A stretch of 63,397 bases of DNA, filler included, from Cercozoa sp. M6MM (Eukaryota > Protista > Endomyxa: Ascetosporea): NCBI GenBank assembly GCA_040357565.1. It is 15 parts of 15 records of this genome, joined end to end, with 100 filler letters (N's around TTAATTAATTAA, not from the genome) between each part and the next. Parts side by side here need not be neighbours in the genome. Positions count along the whole stretch, not along the records: positions 23,499 to 29,707 come from JBDODJ010000770.1; positions 29,808 to 31,671 come from JBDODJ010001901.1; positions 31,772 to 38,886 come from JBDODJ010000658.1; positions 38,987 to 44,060 come from JBDODJ010000982.1; 11 more parts are not named here. One strand, 5' to 3'. The position numbers and the translations under genes were made by a program. The notes beneath the pieces were generated by a model, which saw only the letters and a list, made by a program, of their open reading frames with translations, made no database searches and was not told the origin of the DNA. Shown one piece after another: positions 25,351 through 39,098 of this stretch. Every line of letters starts with the position of its first letter. The stretch's first letter is position 1.

Positions 25351-28300
25351 TTAGGCGGCAGCAGCCCGTTTCGTCTTGAATCGAAGGCACAGAAACGCAG
25401 CTGTCCAGAAGAACACAACCATGCCAATGGAGACTGCAAAGTCCCGAACAACATTGTCAGGCGACAAGCCGCGCATTTGAAGCACTTGGTTTCCTGGTCG
25501 GGGAAGCATATACCAGAAGAAGGACAACCAGCAGGTCTGTCGTATATTTACCATTGGTGATGGGGCACATTTCCGACACAATCTGACTCTGCAAAAGACT
25601 CTCAGTTCAATACTCTTCATGTTGGGGGCAGGGAGAGAAGAAGTAAAGTGACCTGTGTGCACATAAAAGCTGCGTCTTCGAATTCGTTCAACATCTGGCA
25701 CATCGTGTATTCATCATCATTTGTATCCATGGTTACTTGCCAGTTTAAGGATACCAACGCCTCGAAAATGTATTTGAAGACAGAAATCCACTGTATCCAC
25801 GACAGCACTGTGCAGCAAGAAGTGGAGGGTACATATGAACAGGTACTGTAGTATCTACTGTAAGTTCACCTGGAGTGATTGAGTCTAGGTTGACGAGAAA
25901 GCCGGAAAACAGCATCAGAGGAATGACGCTGACGGGTGCCAACCCGGTGGCCACGTCGATGTTTGGCGCCAGTGCTCCGATCGAATACCCGATACCCATG
26001 CCCACGAGTGTTAGCACACAGAGCACAATGTAAAAGTAGATCGCACGAGAAAACGGGCCTCGCAGGCCACACATCGGGTATCTGCCCAGCAAAACCTGTC
26101 TTCAGACTGCAGTCAGTTTGCCGTCAGTATGAATGTTCTTACATGATTGCAGTTTGCACAGCAGGCCACAAGAACTGAAACGGTATCTCTGAGATTAGCT
26201 TTCCTGGTTCAACAAACGAGCCATGACAGCAATCCTTCATAGTAATAACATGGCGGTACCGATGAAATAAGTGCTCAACTTGTAGACTCCATTGCTGTGC
26301 TCGCGAAGGAACTGCACAGTACATCAACTGGAGATACTGAGGATTAGAGAATCAGTGTAGATTTTCTTTTCACTGTACCAGAGTCTTCTCCACAGGAAAC
26401 GTCAGAGCCGTGGATATCAATGCTTGCATCACAGTCGACACCTGCAACAATGTTTAATCTTATGTGTCACCACCTATAGCTGTCAGTGTTGTACCATCGC
26501 AAAGAAGATTAGTCCTTGCTTTCCATGGAGGTACAATACAAGAGGTAACCTGCCACTACACACCTTTCGACAGGTAAATTTAATACCCTGTCTTGCACTC
26601 CGACCTGGTCATTGTCGACGTTAAAAAACAACGCCCCTGGGCACACAAACTACTCTATACAAAGACGCCACAGCAATACAAGAGGTCTTACCGATCATCA
26701 AACTGAGAAACAGTATTTGCGCAAGCCGTGCTTTAAACTGCGCCCACAACGGTTACAGTTCCAACACACATACTTCAGCTTGTCAGATGAACTTCTGTTC
26801 CAGCTCACAGTTTGAGGCGTTCGAATAAAGTGCTTGAACGCTCGTTTTGTCAATAAAGACTAAAGACACAAGCCAGTCGACTGTAAGCTTCGCAGTTCCA
26901 ACTATGTATTCAGTTTAAATGTACCACCTGTCCGTGAAACCCGATTCGCCTTTTCTGTTGCGACGAGGCTTCGAGTTCGCTCTCAGATGTGGGCACTTCC
27001 GAAATGCGCTCGTCACTGCAGTGCCTCAAAGGCGATAAGTTAGAGCAATGTACCATTGTTCTTAAAACTTCAAGCATGTAGTACCGGAGAGGTTCGATCA
27101 TCGGACCCTTTTCTTCGAGACGTTGCTTCCATAAACATTTGAGTTTTTTGCGATCCGCGTCAGCCTCGGGACTGCGATGAGACAAGCAAAGGCATGTTCA
27201 GACTGCCTTCGAACACGTGGCGATACTGTACCCTTTTCCTTGCATGATAGACATGCAGAACTCGGCGATGTTGTAGTTCGGAGGACACTGGAAGCCAGCG
27301 TCGGCAAAGTACTGCGCCACATCGGTCGCAGGTCCGTGGTATCTGTGTTTATCAGTGAATACAACCGAAGTGCTGGATCACCATTTTAAATGGGAGTCAT
27401 TGTGTTGAGATAACGTACATTATCTCACCTTCGCACATGAGAACAAGAACATCAAACATGGCGAAGATCTCCGAACTGGGCTGGTGTATCGTGCTGATGA
27501 TTGTTCGACCGTGTTGCGACATTTCGCGCAACGAATTCACCACGCTGGCCGCAGTAAAGCTATCGAGTCCCGACGTAGGCTCGTCAACGAACAGCAAGGA
27601 AGGGTTCGAGATGCATTCCACGCCTACAGAGGGTTGAGTATTGGCACAACTGGCAGCGGGGAACGAACAATAAACTTGCCAATGGAAAGTCGTTTTATCT
27701 CGCCGCCTGACAAGCCGCGGTTTCCTGGACTTCCCACCTGTAGTTAACAACCTTTGATGTAAGTTGACCTGTAAATTTACATTGTTGCAGAAGAGAACCG
27801 AACATACCAAAGTATCAGCGCAGCTTTCGAGTCGCAGATCCGAGATGAGCGCATTCACTCTTGCTTCAATTTCTTGTCGTGTCAACGATCTTGGCAACCT
27901 CATACGTGCACTGAACTGCAAGGTTTCTCGGACTGTCATTGTCTGAGAAATAGAAATTAAACCGAGCCCGGTGTAAAAAAGTACATTGAGTGTCAGTATA
28001 TTTACAGTACACTCAGTAAAGCGTCTTGTTGCATGATGTATGCGCTGTTATCACGTATCATCTCCGCACTGGAACGAAGGGGGGTATCACTGTGTGTGAA
28101 AAACTTCATAGTTTACTGTCAGTGTAAGTTTACCTCGCAGGTTTGCCATTGAGCAAAATTTCGCCGCTGACTTCCACCTTGCCAGGCTGCGTCTTTGTGC
28201 GCCTGGAAATGATGTTTAGAAACGACGTTTTTCCTGGCAAAAGCGACACGATGTTATCATGCCCAAGCAAAGCAAAAAGTGTATGTACCTGCCCCGGAAC

Positions 28301-28658
28301 TGCCAATAATAGCCGCTAACTCATGCGGCCGGAACACTCCAGACAAGTCATGGAGGATTTGACGCATCTGCTCTCCTTTGACGTTCAAGTTCCGCGCATA
28401 GAAGTTAACGCGACTGACGGAAATACAGTAAAATTTAAACGTCCATTTGTAGAAGTGTCACTGCGGTCGTGTACCGGAACTCCAGATGCAATAGTTGGCG
28501 GTCGTCGGAGACGAGATCGAGGGCGCTACTGGTCGAAACTGAAGCTTACCAGGGTAACCGTGAACGCTCCAGAATAGTTGCGACAAAAAATAACTGAAAC
28601 CTCCTCTCTGCAGCTGATCTGGGTTCTCCGTATCTGATGATTGCTCAGACGGTATCAT
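25351..28658 (-). CDS. ABCG (White-type) half-transporter, many exons
   Basis: Walker A IIGSSGA|GKTSFLN; MTVRETLQFSARMRLP; signature LSGGEIKRLSI; LLFVDEPTSGLDSF; TIHQPSSEIF; TM region PLMLFSGFLVN, WIQWISVFKYIFEALV; C-terminal AFLCLRFKTK. Confidence 0.95.
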
Positions 28659-29209
28659 TCCGTGCTCTCGCCTTGCAAGTCGTCACCTGTACGAGAGTAT
28701 TTCAATTTCCAGTATTTTGCATAGACGTGGAGAAACGAACAAGTTTGGCTGCGTGGTGACTGAGCATAGTCAGGACTTCAAATCTACGATAATTTAAACT
28801 TACTGTAGAGTTCTAGTGTATATCACACAACGAGTTCTCGTCGATTCGAAGCTCAAACTGAACTGACCGTTAATTATATCCTTCGTCGAGGGTGACATGA
28901 GACAGCCAACCTCAATTTTCACTCTCGTCGGCACTGACGCACACAGCCACGACCACGCACCCCCCCCCCCAAGATGCAACTTCGTTCACCGGTTCGAGTC
29001 GTACAACGCAGATGCGATACGCATCAACTTGTACAGTTTCAATTAAACTGGCCTGCGCTGGGGGTTGGAGGTAAACGCCGGCGCCAGCGCAGTGTAAATG
29101 TTCATTCATTGTTAAAGTCAACTCGACCGACTCAGAGACTCCGACGGCGCGGACCGTGACTGCAACTAATACGATACCGGACGTCTCTATCTGTTAATGC
29201 CAGTGAAAT

Positions 29210-29650
29210 TTAGAAAGTCCTGGAGCCCGTCGTGGCCGGCACAGGCATGTAGGTCTGCGCGACATCGCCGAACACCCAGTCTGTCCGCGCGGAAGCATAA
29301 CACAGGTGGCACATGATACATCAGACCAGAGAAAACAGAAAACACACCGCCCAGAGCTTTCAACGGCGGCAATCGCAAGATGTCACCGAGCACTGGTGCC
29401 TGCAAAATACGGGGGGGGGGGTTAAAGGGGCAGGGGGTTAAAGGGGTAGGGGTAAAAGGGGTAGGAGTTAAAGGGGTAGGGGTTAAAGGGGCGGTAAAAG
29501 TGCTCAAACCTGCTGACACGCGCCGTACAGCAGCGGCAGGAACTTGCCGAACAAGTCAAGCATGCCAAACACCTCGACGAGGAAGCCAACGTAGGTGTAG
29601 CCAAACACCACCAACAACACACCCAGCAGAAAGCAGACCGCGCCTCGTCG
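29210..29650 (-). CDS. GOT1: Vesicle transport protein GOT1 (Got1/Sft2 family), 3' part
   Basis: RRGAVCFLLGVLLVVFGYTYVGFLVEVFGMLDLFGKFLPLLYGACQQ|APVLGDILRLP matches the Got1 C-terminal half. Confidence 0.85.
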
Positions 29651-29807
29651 CTGCCATCACGGGAGGGGTTAAGTACGGAAGCAAGGGGGTAAAATGGGGG
29701 GGGGGGGNNNNNNNNNNNNNNNNNNNNNNNNNNNNNNNNNNNNNNNNNNNNTTAATTAATTAANNNNNNNNNNNNNNNNNNNNNNNNNNNNNNNNNNNNN
29801 NNNNNNN

Positions 29808-30582
29808 CAAGACTACCCGAGATCTCGTAGCCGAGGAACTGCACAATGTTGGGATGCCGCATGCAGCGCATGAGTTCCAACTCGGGAATGTGTGTTCCCA
29901 GCGACGACGCCACCGACGGCACCGTCAGCTTCTGCAGCGGCGCCTGTCCGCGCGGACGCACATTATGGGGGGGGGTTAAACAGGGGGGAGGGGGGTAAAA
30001 CCTGCGCCTTGCATCGCTCGCGCTGTCGTCGTCGCCGACGCGCATCGCGTCGATCCGACGCACTCTGGTCCTCGCCTGCGTCCAAATGGACCGATACCCA
30101 CATGGACCAATTCCCATATGTACCTGCCTGCAAGACACTCTTCAGTTTCATCTGCTTGATCGCGATCAGTCGACCGTCGTGCACGCTGAGTCCGCCTGCA
30201 GATATACCCCCCATTTTACCCCTCCCTTTACCCCTGTTTAAGCCCCTGTTTAAGCCCATGTTACTCCCTTATAAACCCCTGTCTACCGCCCATATTTACC
30301 CCCAGGAATACCATAGACACGGCCGTGTGCGCCTCGGCCGAACGCGGCGCCACGGATGTAGTGCACCTGCTCACACACACACACATACACACACACCTTG
30401 TTTACCTACCCCCTTCCTGTTTACCCCTCTTACCTCCCTTTTTACCACCTGCTTACCCCCTGTACCCCCCCCCCGTTTACCCCATCAAGAGAGACAGAGA
30501 AAGTATACGGCAGTTTCGGCGAGCAAAAAAAGTTCGTCGCCGCGAAAAACGTCGGTGCCGCCTTCGTCGTTGATCTGCACAG

Positions 30583-30622
<40 letters not shown>

Positions 30623-31671
30623 ATATGCATACACATGGACACACAACAGTACACATGGACAGTACACATGGAAAGTACACATGGACAGTACACATGGACA
30701 GTAGAGGTACCTGTACAATGTATCGCTCACGCGACAGGGCACGTGCTACCACGCCCTACCGAGGGGGACAGGGGAGGGGGTAAACAGGGGGGCGGGGGGG
30801 GGGGGGGGTAAATCCTACCTTGCGGTGCGACATGGAGGAGCGATCGAAGAAGGCGACCATGTCTCCCTGTGCTCAATGGGGTCAGGGGAGTAAGCGGGGT
30901 GGCGGGGGGTTAGGGGTTTAGGGGTGTACAGGCAAAAGAGGGGTGTAAGAGGGGGGTAAACAAGGGGGCAAAGGTACCTGTACAAACTCCTGCTTCATGC
31001 CATCGGCGAATGCTGTCGCCGTCGTCGGCGTTTTCGGTGTCGTCTCCTCTGCGCAGTTTCCTCCCATCATACCCCTTCTTACCCCCCATCATACCCCCTT
31101 TGCCCCCTACCATGTCGTTGCTGTCGCACGTCCATCTGGAGTCGCATTGCGCGGTAGTCGCGTGCCGTCTACACACGTCATATGCTACCCCCTCAACCCT
31201 TTAACCCCCTTTACCCCCTCCCTACCAGAGTGCGGCCGCGGTGGCCGTGTTCGGCGCTGTCGGAAGGCGACGGCACGCCGAGTCCGTCGTCGCTGCTGCT
31301 GTCCAGTCGGTCCATGTCCAAGTCCATGTCCCGTCTGTACCTGTCCATGTCCAGTGTGTCCATGTCCATGTGCCTGTTCAGTCTGTCTCTGTCCAGTCCG
31401 TCCCTGTTTAGTCTGTCCCTGTGTCTGTACTGCCTGTCCTCATCATCTTCGTCCTGCGACGACAGCGACACGTAGGCGTCGTCGTCACTCTGCGTCACAC
31501 GCGCCTGCCGCATCGGCGTCTGGGGGGGGGGGGGGAAAAGGGGGGGAAAGGGGGGGGGGGGGGAATAAACAGGAGGGTACGCGTGCCACACAAGGCGTGT
31601 GCAGCTGCAACTGCAACTGACGCTGCTGCTCGCGAAACTCCGTCTCCAACTCCGGGAATATCGCACTGGGG
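29808..31671 (-). CDS. Ser/Thr protein kinase fragment, MAP3K (STE11/NPK1)-like
   Basis: Gly loop FGRGAHGRVY|AGL; subdomain II GRLIAIKQM; ELELMRCMRHPNIVQFLG; truncated at both ends. Confidence 0.85.
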
Positions 31672-31771
31672 NNNNNNNNNNNNNNNNNNNNNNNNNNNNN
31701 NNNNNNNNNNNNNNNTTAATTAATTAANNNNNNNNNNNNNNNNNNNNNNNNNNNNNNNNNNNNNNNNNNNN

Positions 31772-34700
31772 AAAACCGTATCAATCGCACACGCCGCGAC
31801 GTGTCGGAAGCAGTGCCAGACCTCCTGCTCATCCGCGCGGAAGAACACCTGCAGATCGACACGGTTGTCGACGGGAGTGCCACTGACGGTGCCACTGACG
31901 GTGCCACTGACGGTGCCGAAACACGCGCGATCAGCACTCACAGGGAAGCACGTGGTGGCCTCCTCCGTCTCAGTCTCGGTGGCAGAGTCCGCCGCCGGTG
32001 TCACGCGGTACCACGTGTCACCGTCAGCGTCACCGTCGATGGCTACGTCGGTGGCTACACTGGCGTCCGCGCGGACGGTCCAGCGAGCCGAGACACGTGG
32101 GCGCACGTGCAGCTGCCGGCACGCGTGGCGCAGTCGCACGCGCAGCGCGAAATCGCTCAGCGAGCGCGGCAGCGGCGCCACGGTGCACTGCAGAGCCCGC
32201 AGTGGCGACGTCACCGTCACCTGCAGCACGAACACGTGCTCACTGACACCGTCGGTATCAGTGGCACCGTCGGTATCAGTGGCACCGTCGGTATCGGTGG
32301 CACCGTGACAGACTCGCACCACGAGAGGCACGCGGTGCCGTCCGACCAATCGCGCGGACCGGTAGCACACCAGTAGGTGACCACTCAGATGACAACTCAA
32401 GTGACCACTCAAGTGACCACTGGAGTGACCACTGGAGTCAATGTGACCACCCAGACTGAGGTCGCCACGTGCGTCCGGACGCGCGTAGTCGCCGCGAGAG
32501 GACGCAAACGCCAGCACACGTGGCCGGGCCACGCGCGCAGTGATCGCGCCGCCGCTGCCGACACCGTCGACTCTGAGTGGCACACGTGCCACCTGACCCA
32601 GCACTGCTCGCACTGGCACCGTCACCGGTCTGCGCGAGTCTAGGTGCTCTACATCGCTATGGCCTGAGTGATCGCTGGAGTGATCGGCCACGTGCTCACT
32701 CGGGTGATCACCCAGTCGCACCGTGGCACGTGTCACTGGCCGCACGTGCACCTGGGCAGTGGCCACGCGGTTCTCCACGCGGCCGTGCTCCAGCTTGCTG
32801 CGCTGCGCGTTGCCGCGACGACGCTCGCTCTGGATTCTGCACTCAACTCCACTCCACTCAAGCAAAGCTACTCACCTCAAGCCAAGCCAAAGCAACTCAC
32901 TCCACTCAAAGCAACTCAACTCAACTAAAGAAACTCAACTCAACTAAAGCAAAGCAACTCAACTCAACTAAAGCAAAGCAACTCAACCCAAAGCAAACAA
33001 AAGCAAATGAAAAAACTCAAGAAAGAACGTACTGCGCCAGTCGCGACGTTTCGATGCAGCGAAAGAAGCAAACGCGCTTCGATTCGCTGCGCGGAATCGC
33101 GAATTCAAAAGTGAAGCGGCGCAACTCGATTTGCAACAGCTTTGATTTCGAATCTTGCTTCGATCGCTCTGTGCACGACTCGAGTGGCAGCAACACTCGC
33201 AGCGGAGCTTTCGCATTCGGCGGCAGAGTCACGCGTTGCTTCGTCGTGAAACATTCGACTTCGTCGCTTTCGTCGTTTTCTTCGACTCTAGCTTCGCGAA
33301 TTTCGAGTGGGTCGCTCGCTTCGTCGCTAATTTCGCGGCTTTCGCTCTTTGCTTCGCGAGTGTCACCGCGCGCTTCGCCGTGGCTTTCGAAAATCGGCGC
33401 GAAAGCGAGTTGCGCATCGAACTCGAGAGCGATGGGAAGCGGGTTCTCCAATACAACAGTGACGCACACAGTGTCATTGGCGTAGGCAACGATCTTCTCC
33501 TTAGCTTCGCCTTTCTTTTCGGTTACAGTCTTGATTTTGTTCCTGCCAAAGCGGGAAATTTCGAGTGAAAGCGAAAGCAACTCGGAACAACTCGAGCGAA
33601 GCAACTCGAGCGAAAGCGAAGCAACTCGAGCAAAAGCGAAAGAAAGTCTGCATACCACATTTGCGGCTGCGAGTAAGCGGTTGCTCCGTGCAAAGCGACG
33701 TCGAAAGTGTTCCAGTGCAGTCGCGGGATTCGCAAGCGATGTGCGATGTGAGTCGAGTCGCGGGCGAGTGTTTGGGCCGCCGTTCGTCGATTGTGCTCGT
33801 GCACGCTGAGCAGCAACGGACGCCACAGCGATGCCGCCACGCTCTTGTCCATCTTCTGCTCCACAAAGCTTTTGCCTCAGACAAAGCAACTCAACTCAAA
33901 GCAACTCAACTCAACTCAACTCAACTCAACTCACAAAGCAACTCCAAGCAAAGCAAAGCAACTCAACTCACAACTCAGAGCAAAGAAAAGCTGTACCCTG
34001 GAAACAGCAGGATTCTGCAGCAGGCGATGCCATAGCACCGGCGTGATGTCGGCCAGCCAGCGCGTCTCTTCCGAAGGCGTACTACGTCGGTAGAGTAACA
34101 CCACATGTGCCACTTCGACATAAACACGGCAAACGATACATGTGCTGCTTCTTGCGCTGAGTCGCGAGGTGTTGCGTCGTTCTGCGGCATGGCGCAAAGC
34201 ACACTCGAAATAACGCAAAGCACACTCGAAATAACGCAAAGCACACTCGAAATACCCAGAGCACACGCGAAATTAAAGCACAAGGGTACCGCACAAAGAA
34301 GCTCAGTACGTGGAACTGCAGGAAGTCAAAGCCGCCGCTTTCGTCCTCACTACACTCAAAGCACAGCTTTCAGCAGGAGCAAGCAAAGCAAGGCAAAGCG
34401 AAAGCAAAGCAAAGCGAAGCAAGCCCGCAAGCAAAGCAAAGCGAAAGCAAAGCAAAGCCAAAGCGAAGCGAAGCACCTGCCAACGCAGGCATCAAAGAGC
34501 GACGTAGCAGTTTGGAAGCCACGGAGTGCGTGAGCGAAAGCGCTCTGGTTGGCGTGCTTGTGCGAGGCGAGCACCGTGTAGAAGACCTCGCGACGCCGGT
34601 TGGCGCGACGGCGGTACAGGTGCGCGGCCAGCTCGAGCAGCACGCCGGCGCACGCGTCGACCAGAGCGCCTCGCTCGGCGCGCTGCGTCAGGTGCGACAG

Positions 34701-36960
34701 CACACGTGCGCACAGTGAGTCGGCACTGGCGCGGTTCTTGCGCTCACTGGCCGGCGAGAGTGCGAGCCACCTGACACGTGACTGGCCACGTGAGTGACCA
34801 CCAGACTGGTCAGTGGTCTGGTCAGTTGACTGGCCAGTGGACTGGTCAGTGGACCGACCAGTCTGATCGATCACAATGGCACGTGCCAGCAGCGGCGTGC
34901 TGTGCTGCTGCGTCGCATGAGTCAGCGCCAGCAGCACGAGGTCCAGCACGCCGACGCAGACGGCCATCGCGACGGCCATGCCGGCATGCGCGCCGTGCTC
35001 GGTCGGAATGCTGTGCAGGTAGCCGGCACACAGGTCGAGGTGCTTCAGGCCACTGTCCACGTGTGCCAGCACTCCTTCCGCGTGCAGGTGCACTGCAGCT
35101 CCGTCGCTCGACTCCGCCGTCGACGTGCTGCCGCCGCTGCTGCTGCCACTGACCGACGACGCCGCCGCCGACGCCGCTGCACCCACGAACACGCCGCCCT
35201 CGTGACACAGACGGCGCAGCAACTGCGCGCACGTCAGCAGAGCGGCTGCATCGCAACTCAACTCAGCTCAACTCAACTCAACTCAACTCAACTCAACTCA
35301 GCTCAACTCAACTCAACTCAACTCAACTTAACTCAACTCAAAGCAACTCAACTCAACTCAACTCAACTCAACTCAACTCAACTCAACTCAACTCAAAGCA
35401 TCTCAAAGAAACTCAACTCGAAGCAACTCAACTCAACTCAAAGCAACTCAACTCAACTCAAAGCAACTCAACTCAAAGCAAAGCAAAGCGAAGCAATTCA
35501 AAGCAAAGCGAAGCAACTCAAAGCACAAAAAGCAAAAGTACAGGTTGTCGAGCACAGCAGCATGCCGCGACGCTCGCCATTTTCGGCCATGCGCACAAAG
35601 TCAGCCTCGCAGATCTTGAGGTTGTCAGCGGCACCCTTGTAGTGCCGCAGCGACATGCACAGCTCGCCCAGTCGCAGCGTGGCCGGCGCTTCGACACTCC
35701 GCGTCGCCGCAGCCGCCGTCGCCGTCGAGAAGAACGATTTCAACTGATTCTTCAGTCCGTGCCGCTTCTCCGACACTGTCTGCAACAAGCGCGCCGCCAC
35801 TCGCTCCGCGTTCCGAAGCGCGAAACTCGAAAGCTACGCCAAGCGAAACTTGAAGCGAAACTCGAAGCGAAACTCGAAGCAAATCTCAAATCGAAACTCA
35901 AAAAGAGAAACTCAAAAAAGCAAAACTCAAAAAGCGAAAGCTCGAACGAAGAACGCACCTTATCATAAAACGCCTGAAGTGGTTGCGAAGTGTCCATCAC
36001 CAAAACTGAAGCTTTCCGTGTTGCCTCCAATCGCTTCTTCGCTTCTGAAGCACGATACACTCAAATGAAGCAAAGTTGTTGAAGTGAAGCAAAGCTTTGC
36101 GAAAGCTTTGCGAAAGCTGTATAGCGAAAGCTTCATACGGTGAAAGTGTTACCTTGCACAACATCGGGACTTTCGCTGCCGTCGGTAACGATGACAGCGG
36201 CCACCGCGACGCGGCGCTTGTCGAACCAGCGCGCAAAAAACGGCGCCGTCGAGAAGCACATGTCCAGGCCGCGTTGCAAGCTTTGCTCGTTCGCGTCCGC
36301 CGTGCGCAACAGCGACAGCGCCAGCAGCGGCTCGTTTCGCGTGCTCGTCGGTGCCGCAGCGGCCACATGCGCCATGTGGTGCAGCTGTTCACGTAAATTT
36401 CGAGTGAAGCAAAGCAACTCGAAACAAAGCAGAGCAACTCTCGAAACAAAGCAAAGCAACTCTCGAAACGAAGCAAACAAAAACAAAACTGAGCTTTCAA
36501 TCGAGAAGCGCAAAGAAAACAAACCAAGGCAGATCGCAGCAGCGAAACTGAGTCCTTGTTTCGTGGATCGTCGAACGCTCGGTTGATTGCTTCGTGTAGA
36601 CACCTGAAGCAAAGCAACGGAATATTTCGAAAAGCAACAAGCAAAAGGAAACAGGCACAAGCAGGCCATACCCTTTTTTAGGTTCGCTTAGAGCATCAGG
36701 AGTGATTAATTGAAGTTTGAGACCGTGGCAAAGCACTTGTCGGTGCATCAAGCGCACAGGAGCAACTGCAAAGCAACCCACAATACAAGTCAAATCAACG
36801 GGAGCTTGCAAGCTTGCTTCCCCAGGCTTTAAACGGAGATACCGGCATTGCTCACGCGAAATGGCCTGAGTAGATCGCACACATGCTGTTGCAATTCAGG
36901 GACGCCGCCCACCAGCACTCGAGGCGCGAAAACGTCCTGCAGCGCCAGAATCGACTCCAT
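31772..36960 (-). CDS. TRAPPC8: TRAPP III subunit TRAPPC8/Trs85, 3' truncated
   Basis: N-terminal FAPRVLV...CDLLRPF; RHGLKNQLKSFF...LRLGELCMSLRHYKGA; RREVFYTVLASHKH...HALRGF; VCVTVVLENPLPIAL. These occur in the order expected for Trs85. Confidence 0.8.
35253..35535. repeat. (AACTC)n/(AAAGC)n pentanucleotide intronic microsatellite; related tracts at about 32840-33030, 33885-33985, 34380-34475 and 36405-36530
   Basis: Direct reading; confined to TRAPPC8 introns. Confidence 0.9.
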
Positions 36961-37468
36961 CGCGCAGCAAAATAACACAAGTGATCGTGTTGCTCACTCC
37001 ATTCGCTAGAAAGGCTGCCACCCGCACTGTTACACTGTAGGTAATATTGGCACACGACTGAAGCCGTCTGTATTGCTGTTTAAACGTTGTAGGGTCTGGT
37101 CGACTGTATGCACTTAAAAAGAGGAAGTAGAGTTTCACCCCAAAGAGTTAAAAAAATTGGCGACTAGCTCCTCGGAGCGTCGGACGAGAGGACGTTGCTC
37201 AAAACTTTTTGTTTGCACCCCAGGAAACACCATTCGTTAATCTCTCGGATACTGAGAGTATGCACGTACGCAGGTCGCCCAGTGGGCTATTTGTATTTAT
37301 CAGAGTCAGTTTAAAGTAATCACTGAACGACAGCAGCCGCGACAATCGAATAGTGCTATGCAGGGTAGCTATTAATAACCGTAAACTAAAACAACGCAAC
37401 TGAGCAACAGTTAAGAAATACTAGGCAGTGGCTTCAATTCTCCCAACCGACCATCCGACAACTCGAGC

Positions 37469-38000
37469 TCACTGCATGTGCATGAGCTCCCCAAGCTTGC
37501 GTTCCGCATCCGCCAGCATCTCCGAAGTGAATCTGTTTCCTCGAACGAGAAGCTTCACCATCTCCTTGACTTGTGGCCGTGCCGTTTTCAGACATTCTGC
37601 ATTGCCGCCCGTCATAAAGGCGAGCGCCATGACAACCTTATGGTATGCCACATCGACGGCAGGTCGATCCAAGTACTTGAGAGCAGAGAGCGCAAACCGA
37701 ATAAACTCGTGCAACAATTGACCATCCGGTTCCTGGCCATGGCCTTCGAGAATGTACAGCGCCTCCGTCGTAAAGTCCTAAGACACTCGGTTTAATTTTG
37801 AGTCCACAAAAAAAAAAACAGGCACAGTATGAAATGTGGGACTGTAATTTACCTGAATTTGGTCAGTAGAATATCCTTCTTCCTCCAAGTGGGTCTAGTT
37901 TTACACAACAAAACTCAGAATTAAAAATTGAACGTCAGTGAATAATGTAGAAATGATAGGGAGTCACGGTAAATTTACAACCAACAGTACCACCTCCTCG

Positions 38001-38058
<58 letters not shown>

Positions 38059-38860
38059 CCGTACCAGGCCTGCACAGCTTATAGGTGTAATTATTGACAG
38101 ACGCTTTAACAGAGACCCACATCGACATCCATATCATTTACATTTTGGAGTTAACGTTGCGTCACTGAGTGTTCGTAGCGTGAAAGCAAAGAGAAGTTCA
38201 AGGCACGTAGAGGCTTGAAAACAAAAGAGTTTGTTTGGAGGGAGACGAGCAAGAGATGGAAGTAGCCACTCCTGAGCGCGTGGTGCTCTCGTTCCGACGA
38301 TGCTATCGATCGCAGTTGTCTCAGAGCGTGATGCCAGTGTATCGCGACGCCTCAGTGCCCTTCGCAAGAAACTGATCCAGCCCGAGTACCCGTCAGAAAA
38401 GTTGATCGTACCCATTCAATCAAGCGCAATCACGCAGTGCTGTCTCCAAGTTTGAACTAACTAGTGTTGAAAGACAGTTCAAACAAATTGTTTCGGTAAT
38501 ACTCAATCAACAGGGAGAAAGTTTTCCTCCAGAGAGCACGATGGGCGCTTGAACAATTTTTCTTCGCTTGTTTGGGGCTTGTTCAACGATTCTTGGGTAC
38601 GCACAAGTAACCGACATTGCATGATCTGTGACCGGATCGAAGTAGTATTCCGCTACAAACCAACACTAGCAACCAACAAAGGAGAGTAAGCTTCGGCAGT
38701 TGCTTTCGACTCTTCTTCGCTAAATACAATCGACCGGCGCCGCAATCTGTACTTCCGCCATATCTTGAGCCTCTGTGGCCTCGATTCCAAAATGAACTCG
38801 TTCTCCAGATGTTATGCTTTCGTGCTATTCTTTCGGCCTTACAGCTAAATGCAGTGAAGT
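37469..38860 (-). CDS. Hypothetical helical protein, multi-exon, containing a trinucleotide tract
   Basis: Last exon ...LLHEFIRFALSALKYLDRPAVDVAYHKVVMALAF...LGELMHMQ*; upstream ORF 38134-38415. Confidence 0.5.
38000..38057. repeat. (TTG)n / (CAA)n trinucleotide tract, about 19 units
   Basis: Direct reading; probably coding on the minus strand (poly-N, Q or T; frame unresolved). Confidence 0.9.
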
Positions 38861-39009
38861 TGGCCGATCAAAAATAGTCCTATGTANNNNNNNNNNNNNN
38901 NNNNNNNNNNNNNNNNNNNNNNNNNNNNNNTTAATTAATTAANNNNNNNNNNNNNNNNNNNNNNNNNNNNNNNNNNNNNNNNNNNNTGTGGTTGTGTGTG
39001 TGTGTGTGT

Positions 39010-39067
<58 letters not shown>

Positions 39068-39098
39068 ATATAGTATATTGTAACACATACACAAGACA

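Noticed and set aside
32577-35642. Long plus-strand ORFs with NSTQL/KQSKA repeats
   Set aside because: Antisense read-through of pentamer microsatellites in TRAPPC8 introns
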